Part shown: one piece after another, positions 31,985 to 43,213 of the stretch | Position numbering within the stretch: the first letter of the stretch is position 1 | Layout: every line of letters begins with the position of its first letter | From: Paramoeba atlantica | Lineage: Eukaryota; Protista; Discosea | Length of the DNA: 64,000 bases | Assembly: GCA_977017575.1 (NCBI GenBank) | Contig: CDRNVI010000030.1 | Location: forward strand, 1,155,808-1,219,807 | Direction: 5' to 3' | Program-made: the position numbers and the translations under genes | Notes under the pieces: model-generated | Database searches by the model: none | Told to the model about the DNA's origin: nothing | Seen by the model: the letters and a program-made list of their open reading frames with translations, nothing else

Positions 31985-33250
31985 TTATGGCCATTGCTTG
32001 AGAATTTTAAAGCCCACTGCTGAAAATGCAGAAACAGTTTTTGGTTGGGTCTCACTGCCATGTCTAACGTAGCTAAAGAGCTTCTCTTTTTTTCGAAAGT
32101 CTGTGTGAACGATACGGATATCCTCGTTCTGCACTACCGCCCGACTTTCTACTTTTAGATTGTCCAAGGAAGTACCAACGAAGTGTAATTCCATTAGACA
32201 AATGAATTCCTTGTGGGCTACTTCCCGTTCTTTTCCCAAAAGCAATTTGCTCCAATTCACCGATAAGGTGTTGAATTCCGAAGGAAATGAAAGAGTGTCT
32301 TCCTCGCGTTCTTTGCGCGCCTTGTGTCGGTTTAGGTTCTCCGGATCATTGAAAAAGACTCGCACCATACCCTCAAGTAGGTCATCAGAAAGATGTCTCT
32401 TCTTGTTTTATATGTGCAACATGTGACCAAATTCGCGTTCCGTGTGTGTTTCAGAAAAGTGAATCCGGTTAATTGCTTGTCTAAACACTCGGATGTGCTT
32501 GTATTTTTGAGAAACAGAACTTCGCCAATAGTCCTCCACAACTTGTTGCTGTGTATCATCAACCATGCGACCAAATTCCAACACTTCTCGTGACACATTA
32601 TTTTCGAAGATACGCGTTACCTTACTCTTTTTACCGTAATACACGAGCAGTGCGTCTACGACAATTTTTTTCATGTGCTTCACTATCGTATCAGAAGGGA
32701 AATCCGAGTACTTAACAAATGGTGATAGGGCGCACAAGCAAATAAAAATCGGGGAGCGCAGTTGCTTGTAATAGCGCATGCGCAGATACGGTAAAGTAAG
32801 ATACGGTAAAGTAAGATAAAGTAGTAGGTGTTGCAGCGGAGGTATGCCAGTATTCAAGCAGGGTGAAAAACTCGTTTACACACTGAAGCGCAGTCGTGTC
32901 CGACGCCTCGCATAATTTTCCAAAAATTCTGAGAGGCATGAAAAGATGAAATACCCGCATCATATTTTCCTGATCCTGAGTAGAGAATGCCTGAAGTGTG
33001 TCTGGGCTATTGGCTGCCTTCAAGGCGGAATGAATGCGCTCATAACCAGACACCATCTTGTGTCATTTTTTTTTGGTGGCGTGGCCCCAGGCTCGCCATT
33101 CGCATAATGGTCACATAAGTTCAGACACACAGCCCACTCAGGTAGTAACGCGGTCGTTTGCCACTGGGGACAGTGTTCCTCGATGATGATATCGGTACTT
33201 CCTATTGGAGGTTCGGGGTCTCCTTTAACCCTGCTAAACCGGTCCAAAGC
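31985..33250 (-). pseudogene. hAT-like transposase C-terminal half (frameshifted)
   Basis: DTRWCLVMS (RW motif) and DYWRSS..KYKHIRVF..SETHTEREFGHML (hAT dimerisation-domain ER.F motif). Confidence 0.6.
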
Positions 33251-33829
33251 CCGGGGCTATGTAAACAAATACATAGAAAGGTGATGGAAGGACTCTTGTG
33301 AACTTATGAAAATGATTGCATTCTAGAATCGAGGATTCCAAGTTATTTTTTTGGTTTGTAAAAGACCGCTTTTCCGTAAACCTTTATCATGTTTTTTACC
33401 TAGCCATTTTCATGTTTTACAGCGCGGACAATGTATACGTAAAAAGAGAGAGGGGGGGAGATGCGTCCGACCCGCGGGCCTTGTCCCTCGCAGGGTTAAA
33501 GGAGACCCCGAACCTCCATTAGGAAGTACCGCGTATGGAGCCGATTGTGCCCATACACTTCGAGCGAGATGCGCACACTTCCTGCAGAGGGCAGGGGTCG
33601 GACGCCTAACCACAAGACACAGCGCGGAGGCTCCCACGTTAAGGCATTAGAATATTTTAGTCTTATTTTATTTTATAAGGATGTTTTATAAAGATGATCG
33701 GCATTCATAGCTTGCACCTCAGAAGACACATGGCTCCAAAACATGTACGACTAATAGCTGAGATCTCTAGTTCCACCTCAAATAGTTGTCCTCAATAGCG
33801 TGATCACTGCGGGTTAGTAAGTCAATTAA

Positions 33830-34079
33830 TCAATTAGTTAGTCAGTTAGTTAGCTAGTCAGTCAGTCAGTCAGTCAGTCAGTCAGTTAGTTAGTTAGTTA
33901 GTGAGTGAGTGAGTGAGTGAGTGAGTGAGTGAGTGAGTGAGTGAGTGAGTGAGTGAGTGAGTCAATCAGTCAGTCAGTTAGTTAGCTAGTTAGTTAGTTA
34001 AGTTAGTTTTAGTTAATTAGTTAGTCAGTTAGCCATTTAATTAGTTAGTTAGTTAGTTAGTTAGCTAGTTAGTTAGTTT

Positions 34080-34131
<52 letters not shown>

Positions 34132-34290
34132 ATCAGTTAGTTAGTCAGTGAATCAGTCAGTCAGTTAGTTGGTCAGTCAGTTCTTTAGTTAATCAGTTAG
34201 TCAGTTAGTTAGTTAGTCAGTCGCTTAGTCAGTTAGTGAGTGAGTTAGTTAGTTGGTTAGTTAGTTAGTCAGTTAGTTAGTTAGTCTATG
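33830..34290 (+). repeat. Compound tetranucleotide microsatellite (TTAG/TCAG/TGAG)n
   Basis: About 460 bp of AGTT, AGTC and AGTG units in blocks. Confidence 0.9.
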
Positions 34291-34566
34291 GGTAGCTGGG
34301 TTAGTTAAGCGATTAGTTTGGTTGGTCTATTCTTTAGTCTTCAATCAGTTAATCTTTTGGCCAGTTAATAGTTAGTGAAAAATTTGTTATTTTTAGAGAA
34401 AAGTTTATGAATTGAGGCGCTACTGAGCTAGTTTCGGCCTAGTTGCTTAATTTCTTCCTGAATATTTCAATACGACCTTACATTGGTATGAACTACGGAG
34501 GATTCACTACGATAAACTAACTGCGTCCTTATTCAGCATATTTTCATCAGCTTTTACTTTTTTGAT

Positions 34567-35502
34567 ATGGTTGACGCCATTCCAGAAGTTGTACCCACTG
34601 AAAGTACGCTTTCTGAGGGCCGCGCTGCGTTTCTTGAGCTGTGCTCCATGAAGCGCATGCGATTAACGATAAAAGAGAAGCTTGTTCAGCTTCTCCCAAC
34701 CGCCATTGAGTTTGTAAAGTCCTACATGTCAGTTACTCCCTTGTTAGAAGAAGCTTCTGCAGTGGCTGGAGATGGAGACACGACACGCGGCGCACAAGTG
34801 ATCATCCGCACCGTAACTGCTCTCAAAAGTGGTACCTTTTCTTCGCGTGATGTTTCTCAGCCGGTTCTTGTGGCTTTACGCGATCAGCTGTGCGTTCACG
34901 AGGGCGCCCTCACTGCCCCTAGTTCTCAATCTGTAGCTCCCCAAGCAGACGACCAGCGTAAGATGAGCCGCCTGCCCAAGGATATGCAAGAGGCTTTTCG
35001 TTCCATTGTAGGAACACGGGAGGATCCCCGCTGTTCTGAAGCGTTGCATCAGTGTCTTAACCAAACTGGTTTTAGCGCTGCGACTTGGCTCACGCCACGG
35101 GTCAAGGAGGCTGTGCGTAACGCCGTCGGCACCCTCCCAGACTCAGTTTACTATGCAAAACTGGTCTCCGAATTCCCCCCGGACTCGCGGCTCACCTCCT
35201 TGGATTCAGAAGGAGTTCGTCTTGGAGTTTGGACCCTCCTTTGTAAGCTGGGGGGCGTTCTCCTGTCCTATCAGCTGGCGCACGAAAATGCCCACGTGCC
35301 AGCCGAAACCCTGGAGAAACTGATGCTCGACGACGCATCAGAACGATCAAACAAGTCGATCGTCTCCTTTCTTGCTGGACACACGCGAGCGCTCAGTATC
35401 ATTACTGGTGCGCAGCAGCAAACAAAGCGAGTCCCCCTTCCGTCTTTCTCTGGTCCCCGCCCTCAGTCTTTCATGCCCCGCTCTCAGTCTTTCGTTCCCT
35501 AA
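34567..35502 (+). CDS. Orphan helical ORF against the cluster strand, possibly a retroelement gag-like ORF1
   Basis: Clean 311-aa ATG ORF on the + strand, between two halves of a broken hAT; no motif recognised. Confidence 0.6.
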   Translation: MVDAIPEVVPTESTLSEGRAAFLELCSMKRMRLTIKEKLVQLLPTAIEFVKSYMSVTPLLEEASAVAGDGDTTRGAQVIIRTVTALKSGTFSSRDVSQPVLVALRDQLCVHEGALTAPSSQSVAPQADDQRKMSRLPKDMQEAFRSIVGTREDPRCSEALHQCLNQTGFSAATWLTPRVKEAVRNAVGTLPDSVYYAKLVSEFPPDSRLTSLDSEGVRLGVWTLLCKLGGVLLSYQLAHENAHVPAETLEKLMLDDASERSNKSIVSFLAGHTRALSIITGAQQQTKRVPLPSFSGPRPQSFMPRSQSFVP

Positions 35503-35516
35503 TAAACTAAAATATT

Positions 35517-36340
35517 CTAATGCCTTAACGTGGGAGCCTCCGCGCTGTGTCTTGTGGTTAGGCGTCCGACCCCTGCCCTCTGCAGGAAGTGTGCGCATCT
35601 CGCTCGAAGTGTATGGGCACAATCGGCTCTATACGCGGTACATAACAGTTGAACAGTATGTGGCCAACAAGGCAACAAAAAGGCATGACACCCGGAAAAG
35701 ACTTTGCTAGCCCCAAGATTCTCCCTCAGATTTTCCTCAAACCTTTTAGCATCTCCCTGTGTGTTGGTGGCGTTGTCTGCTGTCATGGCTATGATATCAA
35801 CGTTTCGTTTGTCGCAGATTTCAAAGAATGCTTTTAGGTTCCCTCGGAGGTTATTGGAGCCTTTGTCCACGATTGCTTTTGCGACAACAGTGTGATGACA
35901 CCGCGCTTCTGGATCATGTACACCGATGTTAATGTATTCAATATTTTGAATCTTACCCAGGTCAAAGAATCCACTGACATCGATAATCTCCCTAGGAAGA
36001 AGGTCTTCGCCTCGTTTTTTTATTGCCTTCTTGACTTGATCCTGGTTCATCGTTGTGTTTATGGTTGTGCGCAGTGGGCCACGCAAAATAATGAATGCGA
36101 TGGGAGTAGATGAAAAAAAGACAAATTTGAGATTCTGACGCTTCTGGGATTACACATGTATTCAAGTATGTTTGCCTCAAGGAAGCTTCAGCAACTGTAC
36201 CAGTTACCTCCACCATCTCATTATTTCTCTCAAGCGATCGCTTACGCTCCGGTTGCTCATGGCGTCGAACAATTTTCGCTTTCGCGGCAACAAACTCTTC
36301 TTTGTGGGCAGTAGTTGATATAACGTCCTTCCAGTTGCCA
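35517..36340 (-). pseudogene. hAT-like transposase N-terminal half
   Basis: IIAMTADNATN (catalytic D), LPCWPHTVQL (CxxH), upstream MHGNWKDV..AHKEE (BED-finger-like). Confidence 0.65.
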
Positions 36341-36355
36341 TGCATCGATTTCATA

Positions 36356-37097
36356 CAGGGGTGTAAATTTGGATGTGGGGGGGGTCTAAAATTTATAAAA
36401 ATTGGCCAATTTCGGAAAATAATAGCGCATTCGAAAGCTCTCGAACAGGGCTCATGAACGTAACATGACCGAACTAGGCACAAGGGGGTATTACCCCCTA
36501 GACAAAGAACCCCCAAATGCAATTTGCAACTTTCTAAAGCAATAGCAAATATCAAAAAAAAAAAAATTTAATTGCCATTATCGTCGTTTTATCTCAATTA
36601 CAATACGGCATCGCTTTCGAAAGCTCTGCATGGCATTTTCAGGGGCCTTGAAACGCTGCTTCGATCGCAATGATCAAATCTGCGCGATTCCGAGGGGCTC
36701 AACCATTTTTGAAGTCGCCCACTATGGAAAATAAATTTTTAGAGCGAAAAAGATTGTGTTGTTTCGTAATCGGCAACAAGAACCATGCACCAGCTTGCTT
36801 TTACGTGCTCAGGCGAAGAATAAGCCCTTTCGTAGTCTTTGTATTCGGGCGATCGCCCACAACCCCGTCTTTGTTGCATAAATCAGGGGAGAAATCAGAA
36901 AACCTGTGAAAAATGCAAGATTTTGTCTCCCAAAAAAATGAGTTTTTTTATGTGCACTTGAAAATCTAATTAACGCAGATGCCGTACATGCACGTTCATG
37001 AGCCCTGTTCGAGGGCTCTCGAATGCGCTATTATTTTCCAAAATTGGCCAAGTTTTATAAATTTTAGACCCCCCCCACATCCAAATTTACACCCCTT
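36356..37097. mobile_element. 742-bp MITE, inverted copy of 18440-19180
   Basis: Same TIRs and internal sequence in the opposite orientation; TA flanks. Confidence 0.9.
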
Positions 37098-37201
37098 TAT
37101 GTTCAATAAGGACAGAATGAGATCGTTCTGCAGACTTCTTGATGGCTTTGTAGCCATATTTTTCATTGGCTCTTGGGCACTTCGTACATAACCAATAAAT
37201 C

Positions 37202-39258
37202 CATACCCCTGCCGGGTAAATGGGTAATTACCCACGTGGTGGTAAACGCGGGTAATTTACCCGGGTCATTGACCCATTTACCCGCTTTCACCCAGATTTA
37301 TCAACCAACCATACGATCCCGTACTAGAATAAAGCTCGATGACTGTGCCAACTTTGCTGAGCAAGTTGTCGCTACAGAAACAGTATCTCAATCCATAGAA
37401 GGAAAAATCCGTCTTTCATTCGGTTTCCCCCCTTTCCTATCCCCTAAACCAAACAATTTTGTTTTATTTTTTTTTATTTTTTTTTATTTTTTTCTTGACC
37501 TGGCGGGCTAATCCCCGCTTCATACAGTACTAATACTATACTGTATAGTAATCACTGTACTAAAATCAAATACAACTACTGCGTACAATCCACATAATGT
37601 TAGGTCAGTTATGTTCTGTATCTGACAATGATTCAAGCTCACTATCATTTTCCAGCGAATCAGAATCGCCTTGAGTCATATATCCTAGCTTGTCGCAATT
37701 TCCTCGCACGAATATCTGGTGCGATACAACATCGGGAGTAAGGGAGGCCTGGCGTGAGCTATACATATATCCAAGCACGGAAAGCCAGGAGTCGCACTTG
37801 TTGACCAGGGGTGGCGTCCAAACGTAGTGTACGGCAGCTTCGTAAATCGCTGGGAACATTCTTCCGCCTTCAGAACTCCCTGATCGAAGCGAGCCAGAGC
37901 GAGATCCAGAGCAACTCCCTTGTATTTCCCTTTTGCTGCACTCGCTCGTCCTCCTGAATAAAAGGACTGACTGAACGCTTTTTTGAAAAGAAAGCACGGT
38001 GACTCTTCGTAGGGCTTCAAGGTCGTTTGGCAAATGTTATTCAGCATATGACCTATGCAAGACAGGAGTATTATCGAAGGGACACGAGAAGATATGCCTT
38101 GCTGAAGTACTGCAGTGTCACTCTCCCCAATCGGGGAAATTTGGTCATATATGCGTTTGAGAGCTCCTTCGCAATTGTTACGTGCCACGTGATTCACAGA
38201 ACTTCCGTCCGCGATCATGAATTTTAGCTTTAAAAGTCGGTGCTCACCAAGATTCGCCTGAAGAGTAAACACTAGTTGTTCGGCTACTGTTTTTCCATCA
38301 AAAGCACGATGACTAGGAGAATAAATGGGAGGTAAGACGTATTCTTCAGGGCCTACATATAAGACGGACAATAAAATGTGCTCAGACTTTGCTCGGTCGA
38401 TTCCTGCATCAACGGCAATTCCGTACACCATGTGTAAGTCAATGGCAGCGCAAAGCTTCTCCCAGACTTCGTGGGCTAAAATTTCACAGTGTTGATGCCA
38501 CTTCTTCAAATTTGTTTCCGGAATAGCCTCTTTGATAACATTCGGTGGAAGGTCGGGGCGGAGATCCTCATACTTGCGAATCAGCCAAACGAATTTACTC
38601 GACGGAAGGTTTGTTAGGGTTTGTAGACATGGGAGCACCTTCCCAGCGAATCTTTGAACGGCCGCTCTCTGAATAAACGAAACCTGCGCAGTCGCCAAGC
38701 GAGCTCGCTCCACGCCCTCACGACACTTGCGTACATGCTTATGATAGACGTTCTTACATCGGCAATGAGATTGAAACGTGCAACCCTCTGTCGTGCACAC
38801 AAAGTGTACTTTTTGGTTAAGGGGGTCTGTGAGAACATCCGCGTGTTCATGCGGACAGTTTGGCGGGCAACGAGCCAAATTAAAGTGCCCAGACAAAGAC
38901 TTCACCGTCATCTTGTGCCGCTCGTTTCGCTTTGATCGCTTTGGGTCCGGGGTCACTATCTCATCCTCAGAGCTTGATTCAGATGAAACGATCGGTTCGG
39001 GCGTACTGACTGTCGATGATCTTCGTTTGGGCATGTAATAAATAGAAGATAAAAGTGCAACGCTATCAGCAAAGTAAATGATATTATGATTGAAGGAAAA
39101 AGAATCTGAGATTTTTCTGATAGATATACAAAAATAAAACATTCAAAATCATTTAAGGTACAACTTTTCAGTTCCTGTCTTCGAGCGGGTAAACGTGGGT
39201 AAAGCGGGTAAATGGGTAATTTACCCGGGTAATTACCCATTTACCCGGCAGGGGTATG
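37202..39258 (-). mobile_element. hAT-like transposon copy A (internally deleted)
   Basis: 32-bp perfect TIR CATACCCCTGCCGGGTAAATGGGTAATTACCC; flanks TAAATC/TAAATA; ORF from ATG 39034 with GIAVDAG, MIADGSSVN, SCIGH; about 890 bp missing relative to copy B at about 37860. Confidence 0.9.
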
Positions 39259-39454
39259 TAAATAGCATTCCCAGGGTCCCGCGCAAACCACCACTCCATC
39301 AACTGATCACCATCAACGCTTTTTGGCATATGAAAAGATTGAAATTAAAATGACCGAAAATACGAATCGCTATGCCTGAAAAAGTTAGATTATCAATTGT
39401 AAGAATTTATAATAGTTATTAATAATTATTAATAATTCTTTAATAATAATTATT

Positions 39455-39549
39455 GCGGTTGTTGTAAAACTACCGCTCTACCCTCGATTATTGAAAAAAA
39501 AGTGAACAAAAACAGTGAAAATATAAAGAGGAACACAGTAATATAATAG
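39455..39549 (+). repeat. Dispersed ~100-bp repeat (also 42111-42215, 56856-56965, inverted at 46425-46473)
   Basis: GCGGT(T/G)GTTGTAAAACTACCGCTCTACCCTCGATTATTGAAAAAAAAGTGA..GAGGAACACAGTAAT recurs four times. Confidence 0.8.
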
Positions 39550-39564
39550 AGGGGCTGCGGGTCG

Positions 39565-39680
39565 CGGGTTCGGTGCGGGTTCGGTGCGGGTTCGGTGCGG
39601 GTTCGGCGCGGGTTCGGTGCGGGTTCGGTGCGGGTTCGGTGCGGGTTCGGTGCGGGTTCGGTGCGGGTTCGGCACGGGTT
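39565..39680 (+). repeat. 11-bp minisatellite (GGGTTCGGTGC) x~10
   Basis: Direct tandem repeats; two more units near 42052-42075; resembles the CGGTGCGGGT subterminal motif of hAT copy B. Confidence 0.9.
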
Positions 39681-39890
39681 GAAAAAAATCCTCTGAAAGC
39701 ATGCGAAATTAGTCGGAGCTGCAGATATTGAAGGAGAAAAATAGTTAGATCGAAGGAGAAATCATAATGTGCGACATACATAGTGTACATAATATACGAT
39801 AATAACAAAAATTTATAAGCCATGTATACGATATGACTACGTAGTTTACATTTCGCAATTCATCGAAAACGACTAGATCCTTAATTTTAT

Positions 39891-40988
39891 TTAGTTTTTG
39901 ATCCATGCTGTGGTTTCATGTTGGGGAACATATCCCACATCGTATATGTGTTCTTTGAGCCAATCCCTCCGTTCATCAATCGGTTTGACTAAACCACACC
40001 CTTTGCTACACCAACAAAAAGATGAGTCATCGATATTTTGTAAGTGTACATTTATTTCACTATCAAAGTCGTATTGGGGTTCTGATGCAAGCAAACCATA
40101 CACTGCAACAGATACAATCTGAACGGCATCCTTTACCCACGTAATATCGTGGTCCGTTCCATGAAAAAAACGAAATTTATCGAAATGAGCGAAACAACGC
40201 TCGATTCTTGAACGAATCCAAGAATGCATGCGGTTGAACCGATTCTGGTGTTCATCAAGGCAACCTTTGCGTGGTGCCTTGAATGGAACAAAACAGTGGT
40301 TGCAACCCACGTATCCTAGATCCGCCAAATACATTTCATCTTCATGATGGTCAAAAAGAAATGTTCCGTGCGTGGTTCTTTCTTTATAAATTTTCGCATC
40401 ATGTACACTGCCCGGAACGGGTCCGCGAAAAAAAATAGGGACTCCGGCAAGCGTAAGCCAGAACTCCACTTTAAAACAGTGTTCCCTGTGCTTGCCGGAG
40501 TAGGTCGCATCTTTTTTTCTCATTTCCTGAGAGGCTTCGTCCCATACGTCCCGCGGTTTCCTTGCACGACATGGGATTGTCATGACGTCCATCATACATG
40601 TCACGTCAGACATCCAAGATACCCCATGCTTGAAACGAAGTTTCGGATTCATTAAAGCAGGAGAGCGGCAAAGATCAGCGATGCGGCTAAAGTCATCGCG
40701 GAGAGTCCTGATGGATAGAGGAGGAGTTTCGGGAGCAATCCACATGGGCTGTAAATCATACAGTTGCTCCCATGTGCAGTTCAAAGCGCACATAGCTAAG
40801 GAAGAGCTAAGGCGTCTGAGATCAGTGTCCGTGGCGACAAGAGGACTTGCTCTCTGTAGCTCAAGAAAAAAATCTGTGAGTTGCTCTCTGGTAATGCCGT
40901 ACATGATAGAATTGCAGGATAAAATAACGCCTAGAGAGAAAACAAAAAGTAAGATGACGTTCATGGGTAGGATACCTAACTTATTCAT
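39891..40988 (-). CDS. PIF/Harbinger-type (DDE_Tnp_4, IS5-related) transposase
   Basis: Uninterrupted ORF (ATG 40988); CMMDVM (D), YSGKHREHCFK, PGSVHDAKI, YLADLGY (D), RFNRMHSWIRSRIERCF (E). Confidence 0.85.
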   Translation of the reverse strand: MNKLGILPMNVILLFVFSLGVILSCNSIMYGITREQLTDFFLELQRASPLVATDTDLRRLSSSLAMCALNCTWEQLYDLQPMWIAPETPPLSIRTLRDDFSRIADLCRSPALMNPKLRFKHGVSWMSDVTCMMDVMTIPCRARKPRDVWDEASQEMRKKDATYSGKHREHCFKVEFWLTLAGVPIFFRGPVPGSVHDAKIYKERTTHGTFLFDHHEDEMYLADLGYVGCNHCFVPFKAPRKGCLDEHQNRFNRMHSWIRSRIERCFAHFDKFRFFHGTDHDITWVKDAVQIVSVAVYGLLASEPQYDFDSEINVHLQNIDDSSFCWCSKGCGLVKPIDERRDWLKEHIYDVGYVPQHETTAWIKN

Positions 40989-41141
40989 GATACAAGATGC
41001 ATGATATCTAAAAAAAGAATGATATATAAAGGTTAGCACTTCAAACTTCAAAAAAAACGAGCTTATCACTTCTCTTGAATTACAGCTCTTTTTCTCTTAC
41101 GTACGATTTGTGCGGGAAACGTTCGCTTCTGCGAGGGAAAA

Positions 41142-41807
41142 CTAAAGGGAAGGAAAGCGCATCACGCGAGAGGAACGTGGCTTCAAAGAGGCTTCCCCAA
41201 GCGAAGGTTGAGGGAGCGAGGAAGGTTGAGTGCGCAAGTTGGGTGAAGAGATCACCGTAGAAGAAAGGGATTCCTCTGCTACGTTTTCTTTACCCTGGCC
41301 ACTCTTCCGTTTGCGCCACAGAGTGCATGATCTGGAACGCTTTCCTGAAACAGAACGCCACACGTTCTCCACGAACTCTCGCACAGCTCCTTCATGAGGA
41401 GGGGCGTAGAGAGGGTTCTGTTCCAAGAAAGCTTCCAGATCACGCGTCGCCTCTGCAAGGAAGTAGACCCCTCGTGGCAGACAATCCAAGAGAAGGTGTC
41501 CTCGGCGCTCCACAAGGTGGAAGATGACACGCTGCAGCACTTGGGAGCTAACCTCCACGCCACACACAGAGCGTGTGGCATGTAAGTAGCTGTCCATCGT
41601 GCGCGATACGCGCCTCATGCATTCTTCCACCTTGGCTCCCAACTCCTCCTCAGTGACAACGAGTGCTGGAGGGGCGAAAGGAGTTTTGCGCTTCGTGAAG
41701 GTGCGCATAAGCGATGCGACAATGACGTCGTATACGTCATCATCCCTCGCAGATGTTACCTTCATACGTGAAGTGAAATCTTCGTTGCTCTCAACAGGGC
41801 TCATCAT
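41142..41807 (-). CDS. Hypothetical protein upstream of the Harbinger transposase (possible accessory ORF)
   Basis: 221-aa ATG ORF, same strand, about 150 bp from the transposase start; no Myb/SANT motif seen. Confidence 0.5.
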   Translation of the reverse strand: MMSPVESNEDFTSRMKVTSARDDDVYDVIVASLMRTFTKRKTPFAPPALVVTEEELGAKVEECMRRVSRTMDSYLHATRSVCGVEVSSQVLQRVIFHLVERRGHLLLDCLPRGVYFLAEATRDLEAFLEQNPLYAPPHEGAVREFVENVWRSVSGKRSRSCTLWRKRKSGQGKENVAEESLSSTVISSPNLRTQPSSLPQPSLGEASLKPRSSRVMRFPSL

Positions 41808-42268
41808 ATAAAAAGGAGGTTAATGTAAAAGAATTATGCATCTATTGTGGAGGGTATATTAATTGTACATTTGATTTGTGTAATGCATACACCGTTCGTA
41901 TACAGCACCGTATACAGCGTACACCGTATTTTCACAGTAAGGCGGCTATGTACGGTAACAAACTAAAAAAACTACACTTTAAGCTACTTTGTTAGTGTAC
42001 AATCCATTTTTTGGGTCTAAAATAGACCTCGTTCGACCTCAAATGCAAAGCGCGGGTTCGGTGCGGGTTCGGTGATGCACACCCGCAGCCCCTCAATAGA
42101 AGAAAAAAATTGCGGTGGTTGTAAAACTACCGCTCTACCCTCGATTATTGAAAAAAAAGTGAGCAAAAACAGTGAAAATATAAAGAGGAACACAGTAATA
42201 TAATAGAAGAAAAAAATATAAAAGGAGGCTCCGGTGGTCCAAAACTGAAAAAAAAAATAGAAAAAAAT

Positions 42269-42375
42269 GGGGGGTCCAGGGGGGGGGTCCAGGGGGGGGT
42301 CCAGGGGGGGGTCCAGGGGGGGTCCAGGGGGGGGTCCAGGGGGGTCCAGGGGGGGGGGGGTCCAGGGGAGGGGGT
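42269..42375 (+). repeat. (TCCAG-G6-12)x8 tandem G-run repeat
   Basis: Eight TCCAG spacers separated by long G-runs; meets the G-quadruplex pattern. Confidence 0.85.
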
Positions 42376-42958
42376 CATGGTTGAGCAATTTTTTTCGAAA
42401 AAATTAGTTTTCGAAAAAAAACGCAGAAAGGGTAGCCGGGGTCTTGGCGCGCATTTTCCACCCCCCTACCCGGGGGTGACCCCCCCGCGTATCCGCAGGA
42501 CGGGTCGGCCGAGTTCGGATTCTTTCGGAAAAAAAAATTTGAAAAAAATTTCAACTTGGCGAAAAAAATGGCAAAAAAAATATTTTTCCAAAATCGTTTC
42601 CCCTATTGTATTTTGATAGTTTGGGACCTACACTAGCTTTCTCTGCAGTTGCTTTCGCAAGGTATCCCTTCTTCGAACCGTGGTCCGCCCCTCAAAATGA
42701 CCCATTTTTGACTAAAAAAGGTGAAAAAGTATTTTTCGGACCTAAAGGGGCATTTTTGTGTCGAAAGAATGGTATGGTTGGAGTCGCATTCTCTACCCAA
42801 TACGTTCAGTAGGCTTCCATTCATGCCTACTAGTGATTTCCCACGCGCAAATGTCGGATTTAGTGCTCTGACAGCAAAAATACGCGAAAATCACCCCATT
42901 TTTACCCGAAATTCGGCTATTTTTGGCTATAATCTTTCCGTTTTCCAGGCTAAATTTT

Positions 42959-43068
42959 CTTTTTTAGGCTCTTCGTTAAACGCGGCGGTAGTTTTCAACG
43001 CGAAGCGCGCAGCATGAGTGACTTCTAAGTTGAGAACAACCACCGCGTTTAACGAAGAGCCTAAAAAA
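42959..43068. repeat. Foldback element with ~40-bp imperfect arms
   Basis: TTTTTTAGGCTCTTCGTTAAACGCGG..GTTTTCAAC / GTTGAGAAC..CCGCGTTTAACGAAGAGCCTAAAAAA. Confidence 0.7.
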
Positions 43069-43160
43069 GTTATTAAAGAAAAGAATTATTAAGAATTTTG
43101 CTACTATGGCAATAGTCCTTTACTTATGCAATAGTCCTTTGCTTATGCAAAAGTCCTTGA

Positions 43161-43213
43161 CTTCCACCCCTGGCACCCAGGGCTTGGTCCCGGTAACATG
43201 GTGCTTACGAAGG
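43161..43213 (-). ncRNA. Degenerate twister ribozyme copy
   Basis: Minus strand CUUCG-UAA-GCAC-CAUGUUA-CCGG-GACCAAGC-CCUGG-GUGC-CAGGGG-UGGAAG; P2 covaries, but the catalytic G and the T2 GC are lost. Confidence 0.45.

Noticed and set aside
33830-34290. Telomere-like repeat
   Set aside because: Units are 4-mers (TTAG/TCAG/TGAG), not TTAGGG, and the tract is internal.
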